From NCBI RefSeq assembly GCF_006345805.1, contig NW_021832004.1, forward strand, positions 17,246 through 81,245: a stretch of 64,000 nt of DNA, given 5' to 3'. The stretch is from Octopus sinensis. Lineage: Eukaryota. This document shows, piece by piece, positions 12,720 to 25,199 of this stretch; the first letter of the stretch is position 1, and every line of letters begins with the position of its first letter. The notes under the pieces are model-generated. The model searched no databases. It saw only the letters and a program-made list of their open reading frames with translations, and was not told the DNA's origin. The translations under genes were made by a program, and so were the position numbers.

Positions 12720-14568
12720 GAGAGAAAAATTAAGGAGATTAACGACTCGAATAAGATCTTCGTTAATTCTGACAAGACAAGAAACTTATATGCACTTGAT
12801 AAGGACGTTTATAAACGCCTGATTTCGAATAGTGTCACGGACACATACAAAAAAGACAACACGAATATATACAAAGAGGTGAACTTAGAAGCAAGAGGAA
12901 TAGCTAACGATCTTAAGATTAGCGATAGGATTGAATACCTTTCACCACGACCAGCTTTTATTACTCTGAAAGACCATAAAGACAATTTTAGTAGAAACCC
13001 CAATGTAGATTGATAAATCCGGCTAAAACTGAGATAGGAATTATTAGCAAAAATATTTTGGACCGTATTTTAGTTAAGTTAGATAGTGAAGTAGACTTGA
13101 GAATTTGGAAGAATAGTAAGTCAGTTATAGAGTGGTTTAAAGGTATTAGCTATAAGAATAATTGTAGTTTCACACAATTCGACATTATTGACTTTTACCC
13201 GTCGATATCTAGGACGTTGCTCCTAAGGGCATTGGACTTCGCCAAGCAGTATGTCAACATCGATAGCTCGGAAATTGAAATTATTATGCATGCGAGGAAA
13301 TCGCTTCTGTTTTTCGAGGATTCCACCTGGATTAAGAAGACTGAGGATTCTCTTTTCGATGTACCGATGGGGGCATACGACGGGGCTGAATTATGTATGC
13401 TCATAGGAGCCTTTATTCTCCATAATCTAAAAATAGAATTCCCATTTATAGATGCAGGTCTATATAGGGATGACGGCCTTATAGCCACGCATAATCTAAA
13501 CGGCCATGAATCAGATAGACTTAGGAAGGACCTTATAGCTTTCTTTCAAAGGATGGGCTTACGGATTACGATAGATACTAACCTGAATAGTGTAGATTTT
13601 TTAGACGTAAATTTTAATGTAAGATCGGATAGATTTAAACCTTTCCGTAAGCCCAATGAAAAGCTATCGTATATTAGCAAAGATTCGAACCATCCACCAG
13701 TTATCCTTAGCAACTTAGTCAGCAATGTAGGTAGAAGAATATCTTCAATTTCTTCGGACGAGGCAGCATTCCATAATGCTGCACCTTATTACGATAGCGC
13801 ATTAAAGAATAGTGGATTCCCGGAGAAGATCCAGTTCAACCAGCTTAATGCTAATAATAATGCTGCACGAAGAACTAGGACCAGGAAAGTTTTGTGGTTC
13901 AACCCGGCTTTCAATTTGGCCGTAAAGACTAATATAGGTAAGGAATTTTTGAGATTAGTCTCTAAGCATTTTAAGCAGGGTCATAAATTCTACAGAATAT
14001 TTAATAGAAGAACCCTGAAGGTTAGCTATTCTTGTTGCAGAAATTTCGCCTCTTACATTAGCCAACATAATAGGAAGCTAATTGAGATTAGAAATGGTGC
14101 CGAGCCCATTAAGAAATGTAATTGTAAAAACGAAAGCTCCTGTCCGTTAGAAGGGAAATGTCTAGTGAAAGGAGTAGTTTATAGAGCCAAGGTGCAAGTG
14201 GAAGGCTCATCGGAATACAAGACATACACAGGGGCTTCAGAAAATTCATTTAAAACAAGATTTTATTCTCATAAGAATTCTTTTAAATACCCAGAGAATA
14301 GGAAGAAAACCAGCCTAGCAAAATATGTCTGGGAACTAAAAGAAAGGAAGCCCCACCTTTCAACGTGACATGGAGCATTCTGGACAGGGCGGCACCATAC
14401 AGGCATGGAGCTTACAAATATAATTTCAAGTGCAAGCTTTGCTTATTAGAAAAAATGCACATATTATTCAAAGACAATAATTCTTTGAATCAAAGAAGTG
14501 AGTTAATGAACTTATGTAGGCACGCGGCTAAATTTAAAATGTCGAATATAAATATACCATATGGATAG
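12720..14568 (+). pseudogene. PLE ORF in three pieces (12720-13010, 13010-14368, 14365-14568) joined by two frameshifts
   Basis: The upstream frame reads ...ITLKDHKDNFSRNP, continuing as (KCR)LINPAKTEIG with one more A; the C-terminal frame TWSILDRAAPY...CKLCLLEK...NQRSEL...CRH completes the endonuclease. Confidence 0.85.
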
Positions 14569-15379
14569 AGTATATATTTTGTATTTTGATTTTTGATTTT
14601 TGATTTTGACTCTTAAGCGCTACGACGGATCTATAGCAAAGTCTTATTGTTTCTACATATATATTAGGAAAAACCTACAAACTTTGTTTTCATGTTATTG
14701 TATTGCATAGGATTACCTTGATTATTTATATTACCTTGATTATTTATAAATGACCCAAAATAGGATGTTATATTTTATTTTATATGTCTTTCGTATATAT
14801 TTTTATTAATGCACCCATTTTTTAAAAGCAATGTTTTTTTTAAAAAAAGCAATGTTGTCAATTTAGAATGTTTATAAAGTTTGTGTATAGCAAAGCATAT
14901 GTATTTGTAAGCATGCGTATCTGTGTATGTGTAAGTGAAAGTATGCTTGTGCTTAAGCACGCATACACACGACGGTATGTATATGTATCAATTCAAACTT
15001 GTGTATGTATACTGGCCTCTATAGATGCCAATAACATCGCTACAAGTTCCCCCCCACCCCTCTTTAGTTCCTTTTTTCTCTCTTTCCCTTTCTTTCGTTC
15101 CCCCTCCTTGCTCAGTATATGAGAATTGCTACATAGATGAATTTTAGCTTGCGTGCGAGACGGTTTGCGTGAATATATGTACACATGCTTTTATGTGTAT
15201 AATTTAGATTCATATTCATACGTCTGTATATGTATGTATGGCGTTTACGCGCATCCTTTTGTGTATGTTGATATATATATGTGGATTTTAATATAAATAT
15301 GTATTGCAGTATTTATAACAGGTTTAATTTCTATGCATTAATTTGTACTGTCTTCATTAACGGCAATAGGTTTTTCCTC

Positions 15380-15410
<31 letters not shown>

Positions 15411-15602
15411 CTCGGATTTTATAATTTTTATAATTTTTATAAGTTTTTTTATATATATATATACATATATTTTTGACCTTTTTGTTTATCGCTCGAAGAT
15501 TGACCGTTTTTTCTAAAGGGCCAATCAAACAAGTCCATTTCTTTTTAAGGTGTAGCGTTTGTAAGAGTATAGATTGAATTAATATATATGTTCCATTCTA
15601 GC

Positions 15603-15650
15603 AAAAACTGTCTGATGAACGGCAACGAGAAACTCAGAGTAACAGATTTT
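15603..15650 (+). ncRNA. Minimal hammerhead ribozyme motif, copy 1
   Basis: ctgt-CTGATGA-a cg gcaa cg a-GAAA-ctc a ga-GTA-acag: conserved core, stem I ctgt/acag, short GNRA-capped stem II, quasi-palindromic stem III, GUA cleavage triplet. Confidence 0.75.
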
Positions 15651-15837
15651 GTTGAATTTTCTGCTGCTTAAAATAAAGTATATATATTTATATATATATA
15701 CATATATTTTTGACCTTTTTGTTTATCGCTCGAAGATTGACCGTTTTTTCTAAAGGCCAATCAAACAAGTCCATTTCTTTTTAAAGGTGTAGCGTTTGTA
15801 AGAGTATAGATTGAATTAATATATATTCCATTCTAGC

Positions 15838-15884
15838 AAAAACTGTCTGATGAACGGCAACGAGAAACTCAGAGTACAGATTTT
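15838..15884 (+). ncRNA. Minimal hammerhead ribozyme motif, copy 2 (one A missing after GUA)
   Basis: Same core as copy 1 but gagtacag instead of gagtaacag. Confidence 0.6.
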
Positions 15885-15921
15885 GTTGAATTTTCTGCTG
15901 CTTAAAATAAAGTATATATAT

Positions 15922-15958
<37 letters not shown>

Positions 15959-15977
15959 TATATTTATTTATATATAA

Positions 15978-16009
<32 letters not shown>

Positions 16010-16418
16010 ATTATGTATGTTATCAATGTATTATGTGTATATATACATATATATATATGTTTTGTATGTATGTAATGTATGTATGTATTTAAGTATGTAT
16101 TTATGTATGTTACGTACGTTATATCAGGTCGCTCCTGAGTTCTACTGGTATCATGTCATCCAGTACAACCTGTCGCATGGTGGGGCCGTCGGCGACTAAA
16201 CTGGCAACCCCACCAGGCGTGCTTGGTGTGGAGGGTGTTGGACATCATGCTAGATAAAAAAAAGACCCGTCAAATGTTGAAGGAACTCGTGAACAGTCAT
16301 TTCTTTATTCACCATATAAGGTTAAGAAAAAGAGGAGACGATAGGAGGAGACAAAACAATATTTGGGGTCAGGGGATCGAATGGAACGAAACGTATGAAT
16401 AGAAATTTAAATATATAC

Positions 16419-16797
16419 GAGTGGCTGTGTGGTAAGTAGCTTGCTTACCAATTACATGGTTCCGGATTCAGTCCCACCGCATGGCACCTTGGGCAAGTGT
16501 CTTCTACTATAGCCTCGGGCCGACCAAAGCCTTGTGAGTGGATTTGGTAGACGGAATCTGAAAGAAGCCCGTCGTATATATTATATATCTATGTGTGTGC
16601 GTGTGTGTTGTGTGTCTGTGTTTGTCCCCCTAGCATTGCTTGACAACCGATGCTGGTTGTGTTTATGTCCCCGTCACTTAGCGGTTCGGCGAAAGAGACC
16701 GGGCTTACAAAGAATAAATCTCGGGGTCGAGTTGTTCGACTAAAGGTGGTGCTCCAGCATGGCTGCAGTCAAATGACTGAAACAAGTAAAAGAGTAA
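16419..16797 (+). mobile_element. SINE family B (OR-like), near full length
   Basis: gagtggctgtgtggtaag head, ggattcagtccc B-box-like motif, ggcaccttgggcaagtgtcttc core, internal (TG)n and gaaacaagtaaaagag tail. Confidence 0.85.
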
Positions 16798-16799
16798 TT

Positions 16800-18522
16800 A
16801 AATGAGAATGAATGATTAACAAAAAATGAAGCGGAGGATGCGGTCGACACCCTCACCCTGAAGACTTTGTTTTTCCCTTTTTTTGTCCTCGCTTAAGCAG
16901 GATCTTTCACTCGCAACATACTTGCTACTGACTTTCATCTCTTACGCGACACACTTTGCAACAGGCATTTCTTTTCCAGCCTTATTTTCCTTTCCTTGTG
17001 GAAATGGAAGCAGTTGACTAAGCCTAAGCTTGAGACGAAAATGTCTGTCGCAATTCCTTTCACTCTCGTCTTCCATACTACCTCTTTCACAACAGCAACT
17101 ACCGAGAGAAAACAAGCTCGCTCCTCCCTATTCAGGGAGGGCAGCGGAATGATCTTAATTACAGATTCGTTCGACAGTTGTACTCTTCTCGAATACGACA
17201 GTAGGTGTTCGACATAAGCCCAGAGCTCAGTCACCTTGGGGCATTGCACAATCGCGTGCAGGTCAGTTTCACTGTCCTGCTCGCATCTTGCATAAACCGG
17301 CGAAGGCGCACACCCGTGTTTAAAGAGCTTATTTCGAACCGGTAAAGCTCCTCTTTAACATTTCCAAGCCAGAGACTTTTAGTAATTATCCATAGGTCCT
17401 GGCCCGAAGGCTCTTCGGAATAGTTTGGCGAGTCGGTCTTCGTCGAAGCCTAGGATTCCCAGGACGTCGTCACACTTGAACTCTACTAACCCTCAATAAG
17501 AAAGACGAGGTAGTACCCCTGCTTCCGGCGTTGTCCGATTGGGAGAGAAACACGAGTGCCTGATGGCACTCTGCTTGCCACGCACCCAACCTCGTTCTAC
17601 GCTTGATCCATGGGTCCAGTTCAGTAAAAGATGTGAACTATGGAAATACCAGCTTGACGAACGGAAGCTACACTTGCTCACCGTCCAGGAAAAACCAGGG
17701 GTGCCTAAGCTTCAGCGCATGTCTGCGCATTTTTAGCAACGGCATCCCGAGCCTACCCTTCAGCGGCTTTTGACAGCAGATTGAGTGCCTTACAAGAGAT
17801 CTGCTGCCCCTTCACAAGAAGCGGAAGAGCATGTGTTCCATCTTGTTTAACCACGAATCGGGACATGGCACGACGGTCAGGTGGTAAGTGATTACAGAGG
17901 TAATAAACACCTCTGCAACCCTCGCCCTCCCTTTCAAGGACAGCCTCCGCTCAGACCAGTCTGAATTAGGAGAGCCACCTGCTCGCACCTCGCTCCAATT
18001 TTTCTCTATCTGGAGATCTGGACCAAACCAGACTCCAAGCTTTTTCACCGGCCCCTCTGTTCAACGTCCCACGACGCTGTCGGAAAGCATCGACTTGCCC
18101 CTTCAGGTGCCGATTTGCAAGCCGAACGATTTATCCGGTTAAGTTTCGCCGCTGCCACCGCTTCGTAATCTCTTAAGCCTCACCTATCTGCTGTAGATGC
18201 TCGATCCGAGATACGATGACAGTGGTGTCGTCCGCGTATGCCAAAGTTGACTTTCTACACCCTAGATCTTGCAGAGCCTCTAACTTCCTCAGCAATGGCT
18301 CGAGGGCCAAGACATAGAGAAGCGGAGAGAGAGAGCACCATTGATGTATCGATCGTTCAATGCAGAGCGGCTCCGAAAAGAAACCGTTTACCCGAACTAC
18401 CGATTCGATGTCGCTGTATAAAGCGGTGATCTATCCAAGGGAGGTCGGGCCGAAGCCAGCCACCGCGAGGACCGCCACCAGATATTAATGGTCTACCCTA
18501 TTGAACGCTTTGGATTGGTCTA
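16800..18522 (-). mobile_element. Tx1/L1-clade LINE, decayed 3' half
   Basis: LDQSKAF, LGVWFGPDLQIEKNW, LSLKGRARVAEVF and QCPKVTELWAYVEHLL...VKEVVWKTR fragments are homologous to 18900-22010. Confidence 0.9.
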
Positions 18523-18540
18523 ATCTATCCATCTATCTAT

Positions 18541-18617
<77 letters not shown>

Positions 18618-18704
18618 CAACTATCTATCTATCTATCTATCTATCCATCTATCTATCTATTTTTCTATCTATCTAACTCTCTATCTATCTAACTATTTAT
18701 TTAT

Positions 18705-18776
<72 letters not shown>

Positions 18777-18785
18777 GTATCTATG

Positions 18786-18829
<44 letters not shown>

Positions 18830-18899
18830 ATCTATCTATCTATCTATCTATTTTTCTATCTATCTAACTCTCTATCTATCCAACTATCTATCCATCTAT
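18523..18899. repeat. (CTAT)n microsatellite
   Basis: Direct inspection. Confidence 0.95.
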
Positions 18900-21800
18900 G
18901 TACGCTAGACTTAGGTAAGACACTTAGGCAGGGTCCCGGATACTGGAAACTAAACGCGTCTTTCCCATCGAGACAGGTTTTCAGAGACCGGATTAGCACA
19001 CTAGTAAAGAGGGCTTTGACGGGAGCCATCATCAACAACAAATGGTGGTTTGCCCTCAAGAGAGCAGTAAAAGCAGAAGCGATTAGGTACAGCAACGCAC
19101 TAGCCATAGATAGAAATAGAGTAGATGGTGAGCTAGTTAAGAAGCTAGAAGAGGCAATTAGAAGCGGCATCGCATCCGACGTTTTGGCGGCGAGGTTGGC
19201 CCTCGACCAACACTTCAACGCCAAACACGAAGGATGTGCTGTCAGAGCTAGGATGCGTGCTCTAAGGAACGAAGGTGTTGGAGCCGCGAGAGAGGCCCGG
19301 GTGGCAGAGGCGCAACAGGGCAACAAAGCCACCATTCGGTCCCTGGTAGATGAACAGGGGCGCGAATTGCTCGAGCCAAGTAAAATGTGTGAGGCCTTTC
19401 AGCAGCATTTTACCCGACTGTTCGGAACGAGTGGAGGGCAAGAACGTAGGGTGGACTTCAGTGCCTACCTACATAGCCTACCACGACTCTCGACAAGAAA
19501 GGCAGGGTGCTGCGAAGGTGCCATCACGACGGCGGAAGTGCAGGAAGCGATGGCAGAATGCTCGAGGGACAAATCACCGGGTTTGGATGGTCTACCCTAC
19601 GAGCTTTACAATTGTATGCCAGACTTGTTTGGAAATCTCTTGGCGGCGGTGTACTGCAACTGGCAGCAAAACGGGAGCATTCCTGGTTTTGTGAGCCGAG
19701 GAGCCGTAACACTGCTGAAGAAAGATCTAAACAAGGGAAATGTAATAGATAACTTTAGGCCCATCACTCTGCTTAATGCAGACTTGAAAATTTTGGCCAA
19801 GGTGCTAGCCAAGAGGTTGGCGCTTGTCATCGAGAAACTGGTCGACAAGGCGCAAACATGCGCCGTGCCAGGCCGGACCATCCATGACAACCTCCACCTG
19901 ATGCGCTACATCATAAACAGGGTAGTTAACGAACCTGGCATGGGTGGGGCGCTGATCAATTTGGATCAATCGAAAGCTTTCGATAGGGTAGACCATCGAT
20001 ACTTGGAGGCGGTCCTCGGAGCGGCTGGCTTCGGTCCCGTCTTCCGCGGCTGGATAGCCGCCTTGTACAGAGGCATCCGTTCGGTAATTCGCGTGAATGG
20101 ACATCTATCGAGACCCTTCGACATCGCACGTTCGGTCCGTCAGGGATGCCCCCTCTCGGCGCTTCTATACGTATTGACTCTCGAGCCATTATTGCGGAAG
20201 CTGGCAACCTTGAGAGGCATCCCGCGAGAACTGGGATGCGGGACGAGCGTGTCTGCATACGCGGACGACGTCACCGTCATAGTGTCTAGCCACGAGCACA
20301 TCGAGCAGGTCGGCGAGACACTGAAAAACTACGAAGCGGTGACAGGAGCGAAAATCAACCGGGAAAAGTCAGTGGGCTTGCGACTAGGCACCTGGAGAAG
20401 CAAGCCCATGCCGTCCACCAGCGCCTCCGTCGTGGGACGCTGGACCGACGGCCCGGTTGAGTTGCTCGGGGTCTGGTTTGGTCCGGACCTCCAAGTGGAG
20501 AAGAACTGGAACAAGATAACGAGTAGGGTGGTCACTCTCGCCCGGCAATGGGCCGAGAGGAAACTGTCCCTAAAAGGTCGGGCGGAGGTGGCGAACACGT
20601 ACATCGCGTCCGTCATCTACTACCGCCTGACCGTCGTACCTTGTCCCGACCCTACCATCACCAAACTACAACGCATTCTCTTTCGCTTCTTGTGGAAAGG
20701 ATGCGTCCCGATGGTCAGGCGATCCATTTGCTGTCAACACCCGTTAAAAGGAGGGCTGGGCATGCCGTGGTTGATGATGCGCAGACACGCGCTGAGACTG
20801 CGACATCTCTGGCTCTATGTAGACGACGGTGAACAGGTGTGGTCGCTGTTTGTGAGGCACGCTTTCCCGCAGCTCGTCTCCATGACCGAACTGCAGTCGT
20901 GGATCAAAAAGAGGCCGAGGAAGGGCGAATGGCACCGCGAGTGTCGCGTTGCTCTCAAGCAACTCTGCCGTCCTGGGTCGACCTTGAGTGACTTCAACAC
21001 AACCAAAGCATTCTATAGGGGTTTAATGGAGGTACGACGACGAGCTCGGGGCGAACCTGGACGTCGACGAGGAGTACCTGACCCGCCTGTTCAGGACGAC
21101 TTTCGGGCCAGGGCCCATGGACAACTTCCAGAGATCCCTGGCCTGGCAGTGCTACCGAGAAGCGCTACCCGTTCGGGATAAGCTCTACAGACACGGCTCG
21201 AGAAACACGGGGCCGACCTGCCCGAGATGCGGTCAGAGCGACGAAACCGTTCTGCACGCACTCGTGCAGTGTCCAACAATTTCCGACCTGTGGGCTTATG
21301 TCGAACAACTGCTGTCACGTGTGGGACGAGTCGGTTTACCAGCTGAGTCTATCGTCAATATTGTCACGCCTCCTTCCTTCAAACGGGAAGGAAGAGCTAT
21401 TTTCATCATCCTTGTGGCTATGGCGAAAGAATGTATCTGGTGGACGCGTCTGAAAGGATTGGAGACAAACACTTTCCTCTCTGGTCAATCTCTCATCAAC
21501 TTCTTCAAGTACCACTTGAAAAGGAAAGTGAGAGTAGAGAGGCAAGTTTTGTCTAGCGAATGTTTTAAAAAAAGATGGGTGAATGTAGCAAGAATGGCAC
21601 GTATGAATGACGAAGCCACCTTGAGCATGATCCTATGAACCCAGAAATTGAAAACAGAGAGTTGCTTATTCGCAAAAAAAAAAAAAAAAAAAGAAATATA
21701 ACATGTGACTCCATTGACCGAGGTTACCGTGGTCTTTTCTGTAGGCTTTTCTTTCCACGGGTAAACCTCACCTGTCCTCCCCTTTACACTTCATATTGAC

Positions 21801-22010
21801 ATTACTGTGATAACGATCCCTATTGATAAATTTTTTATTTTTTTTGCTCTCCCCCTTTTTTTAACCCCCCTTTTTTGTCCTCTTTCTCTCCTTTTACGAT
21901 CCCTTTTGATCGAAACTCCCCCTTCCTTTTTTTTTTTAAACCTTCAAAAGAAAAGCTCTACCTTGTAATTTGTTCTATCTGTGTGCAGCCCTGTGTGGCT
22001 AATAAAGAAA
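18900..22010 (+). mobile_element. Tx1/L1-clade LINE, young, 5'-truncated, inserted in (TATC)n
   Basis: GPGYWKLN, KSPGLDGLP, NFRPITLLNAD, LDQSKAFDRV, VRQGCPLS, AYADD and CPRCGQSDETVLHALVQC motifs; 3' UTR ends ggctaataaagaaa followed by (TATC)n. Confidence 0.95.
19016..21638 (+). CDS. Tx1 ORF2 (RT + C-terminal zinc knuckle), truncated, single frameshift near 21030
   Basis: The 721-aa and 173-aa ORFs overlap. Shifting frame at atggaggtacgac gives continuous ...YDDELGANLDVDEEYLTRLFRTTFGPGPMDNFQR; no internal stops. Confidence 0.85.
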
Positions 22011-22030
22011 CATATCTATCTATCTATCTA

Positions 22031-22087
<57 letters not shown>

Positions 22088-23606
22088 TATGCATAAATGA
22101 ATATACCTTTGGATGTATTTCCTTTGAGAGTTTTAATTCAAATTTCATTTTCTTGCAAATATATGAATATATTTTGTTTATTTTATTGGATCAGTTAATG
22201 TCTAGAGAATGTGTTGTGATACATTATTTCGTTGTGATTGTTTGCAGTGTGTGTTGTGTAAAATATAAACATTTTATTGGCCAGTGATTATATATGGAAT
22301 GTTTTGCATGCAGAGAATGGAAAAATTTGAGATGGACGACTAAATTGAAAGTGGCTTGCGTACGATGTGGGCCGAGTTTAGTTGGATTATCTTTTGGATG
22401 GAGAATAACGTTGACATGGGATTTACGATTTTCTTCATATTTTTATCATACCTTGTGATTCAATTATTATTGATAGCGTTTTCATATTCATACATGCTTC
22501 CTGATCATTTTAAATTCATGAAACTTGAACATTTGCAGTTTCTACCCCTCTCACTGGAAATGCTTCGACAACAAAATAATTGAAATATCAATCAGAGTAC
22601 AGATATCATTGTTTCATTCCTTGGCAAATTATTTTTGCACAGTTCTCCTTGATGTCTTTATCTGTCATTCCGCAGTTAATTGTGGTCGGGTCGTTATAAT
22701 GGATTCTGTTTGATGTTTTATCATTTCTTATCCGTTCTTTTCTTCAAATTGCGATCCATGGACATATATTCCTGTCTGGGAACATTATTGGTCTTGGCAA
22801 AGGAACGGATCACCGGAAAGGATGTGGTCAACTCTCTCATTATGTTTTTCGTTGTATAATCTATGTTCCGCATACAGAAGTCAGTCCTAAAAAGTTCTCC
22901 AATAAGTACGTATTAGGCTACATTTCGCTGCGGATGTCTGATAAGACGAAAACATGTCCGGATTTAACCCAAAACCTACTAAAAATTAGGTTCGTTCCCC
23001 ACTGCTTACCTCTACATTATTTTTAATCAATTTCAATTTCAGAATTTCTCTCCCTTCCATCTCTTAACAACGGTCATCATTTAATCAGATAATTTCCCCC
23101 CTCTTCATTACATGCATAATTTCAATTAATTAAATATTCTTCTTGGTTCACTACATTCACTCTTTATCCCGCTCTTAATATACGTAATACTTTCACTAAA
23201 GCCTCTGAAGTGTCTAGAATGTTCTATTCCAAGAAATACTGAGGCTTCCTATCTCGTTTGAAACTAATAGAATTTTTTTTTTATTTCTTCATCTCTCCCT
23301 TTTTCTATTTCTGCTCCTCTCTTTTTTTATCTCACCCTCACTCCTCCTATCACTCTCTCTTCTGTTCCCTCTCTTTCTATCCCTCTCCAATTTATCGCAT
23401 TCCTTCATTATTTCAATGGATAATTTTATGGTGATGTAGTGGTGGTCATCGCCGTATTTGTTACTGAATTATGCTTGTAGCACTTCTCTTTCTTATTCCT
23501 TTCATCTTTATTGTTTGTAAATTAATGTTAAACGCGAATATGAAATATGAAATTTTTTTACAAAATAATATGAAATAGGAAATTTTTTACAAAATTTTCG
23601 TTGCAG

Positions 23607-23642
23607 TTCTCTTCTACATCTCACTGACATTTGGAAATGGAC
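23607..23642 (+). CDS. 36-nt phase-1/phase-1 exon, signal-peptide-like (xLFYISLTFGNG)
   Basis: ttgcag acceptor and gtaagt donor; identical in the duplicate while the flanks diverge; frame-compatible with the next exon. The initiation exon was not located. Confidence 0.7.
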
Positions 23643-24202
23643 GTAAGTAAATTTATATCAATATATAGATATATATCTATGAAAATTATGAAAATCACTA
23701 CTCAAAACTTTAATTTATAAGTTCAGTGGAAGAAAATATTTTCCTTTTCTAAGTAAATTAGATGAAAAGAAAACTCAAGATAAATCTCGTGTTATGACGA
23801 ATTCAATTCTTAACATAATTTCCATTGGTGATAATTCAGTTTTCCGTCAGTTTGTAAGCATTTTGTTAAATAAAACAAAAAGTGCTGGTATTAGGGGACA
23901 TTCTTTACAACAGACAACCGTTAAACATTATAGCATATAATATGTGAATCATTTAAATAATAGAATTAATTAAACAACATTTAAGACTCATTCGCAGTCA
24001 TTTTCATTAAACAGATTATATATCCCAAGATGCTTTGTACCTACAATATGGTAGTAACAACTTTATTCACTTCTTCCTGGTAAAAATATCAATGCTGATC
24101 CTCAAACATTTAATATTCTCTATCTTTATTATTATCTATTTTCACAATGTTTTATTTTCGTCTTCGTATTTTGGTTGTTTAATTTGCCTGGCTTTGTTAC
24201 AG

Positions 24203-24460
24203 TTGAATATCTGAAGTATTTTATGAAAGTACAACACGCCGGTCTGAAAGATGCCAAAACATTGATGACATTTGACGTGGATGCCTTCAACTGTTCGAAG
24301 AGTTGTTTTGAAACTTCTGCATGTAAATCCTTCGTGAGCAGAACGATAAGTCCAAGCTGTATTTTATACGAAGAAGACTCAACAGAGAGGATGCTAATAA
24401 AAATAACTAATACCCATTTTTATCAGTTGAGAAGATCTGTGCCGACCAAGTATAGAGACG
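24203..24460 (+). CDS. PAN/Apple-like domain exon P1a (258 nt, phase 1-1)
   Basis: ttacag acceptor and gtaaac donor; open frame EYLKYFMKV...NCSKSCFETSACKSF...SCILYEED...HFYQL with C-x3-C-x5-C-x-S-F-x8-C-x-L PAN spacing. Confidence 0.75.
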
Positions 24461-25199
24461 GTAAACAAATTTGAATCTTTCTGTGTTTATTTCATTCCTT
24501 GACACTTGTATTCTATGTTTTAGTCCAATGAGAAACAATACGGTTAGCATTTAAAAATTGACTGCGATTTCTCTGGTCGATGTAGATAAGAGTGAGTTGA
24601 AAAATAATTGTTTGTAGAGTTTTCATTCCGGAGAGTTAAAGTTCTAATAAAGTTTTTAGTGATATGTTTAGCAGAAAATTTAGAAACGGATTGAGACACA
24701 AGATTACCGAGGAGGGAAGAGAAAATGTAAAGTTTTATAAGACCGTTTTGTCATGTGACTCTCAGAGAATATTCTCAATATATTTGATGATGAAAATAAT
24801 GCATGTCTGGTGTGTAATATTTGTGTATGGATGACATCAGTTTGTGAGGGAGACGAAAAGGGATCTTATAAGAAAACAGAATATGATAAGAGTTTTTAAA
24901 ATTACGCACAATAATTACACAAGATGCTTAACTGAATGTGTAAAACATATTTTGTTTTTTAAAATATAAATCAAAGAAAATGGGAAAAAAGTAGGGTAAC
25001 TTACTCACAAATGAATGAAAACCCTCAAACTGGATCAAATCAGAATTGCCCACAATCCTGAGTAACACTCTATATTCTCTCTCTCTCTCTCTCCCTTTTT
25101 CTATATCTCTTCTTCTCTTCTCTTCTCTCTCTCTCTCTTTCTTTCTCTTTCTCTCTCACTCATTCATTCTCTCTCCCCCTCCCCTCTCTTTCTTTTCAG

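Larger units (their letters stand above)
15464..15920 (+). repeat. Two tandem ~237-bp copies of the PLE 3' terminus (pseudo-LTR-like)
   Basis: catatatttttgaccttttt...gcttaaaataaagtata starts at 15464 and 15701; the copies differ by only a few small indels. Confidence 0.9.
12718..15925 (+). mobile_element. Penelope-like retroelement (RT + C-terminal GIY-YIG), 5'-truncated, with long 3' UTR and duplicated terminus
   Basis: RT motifs FTQFDIIDFYPSI, VPMGAYDGAE and GLYRDDGL; CNCKNESSCPLEGKC linker; GIY-YIG-like VVYRA...YTGASENSFKTRFYSH; flanked by (TA)n on both sides. Confidence 0.92.
23177..24580 (+). repeat. ~1.4-kb segment duplicated at 54366-55742 (contains the 36-nt exon and a PAN exon)
   Basis: Colinear and highly similar by eye, from atac.taatact.tcactaa to tttctctggtc. 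Confidence 0.9.

Noticed and set aside
16095-16260. Possible LINE 5' UTR fragment (gggccgtcggcgactaaactggcaacc)
   Set aside because: No adjacent ORF and no second copy in the window to support it.
16800-22010. Twin-priming 5' inversion of a single Tx1 insertion
   Set aside because: Both halves contain the same RT and C-terminal regions and are clearly diverged from each other, so they are separate insertions.
22230-22900. BEL/Pao-like or other coding remnant
   Set aside because: Only short, stop-interrupted similarities (INILLASDYIW, GPSLVGLSFGW); not enough to call.
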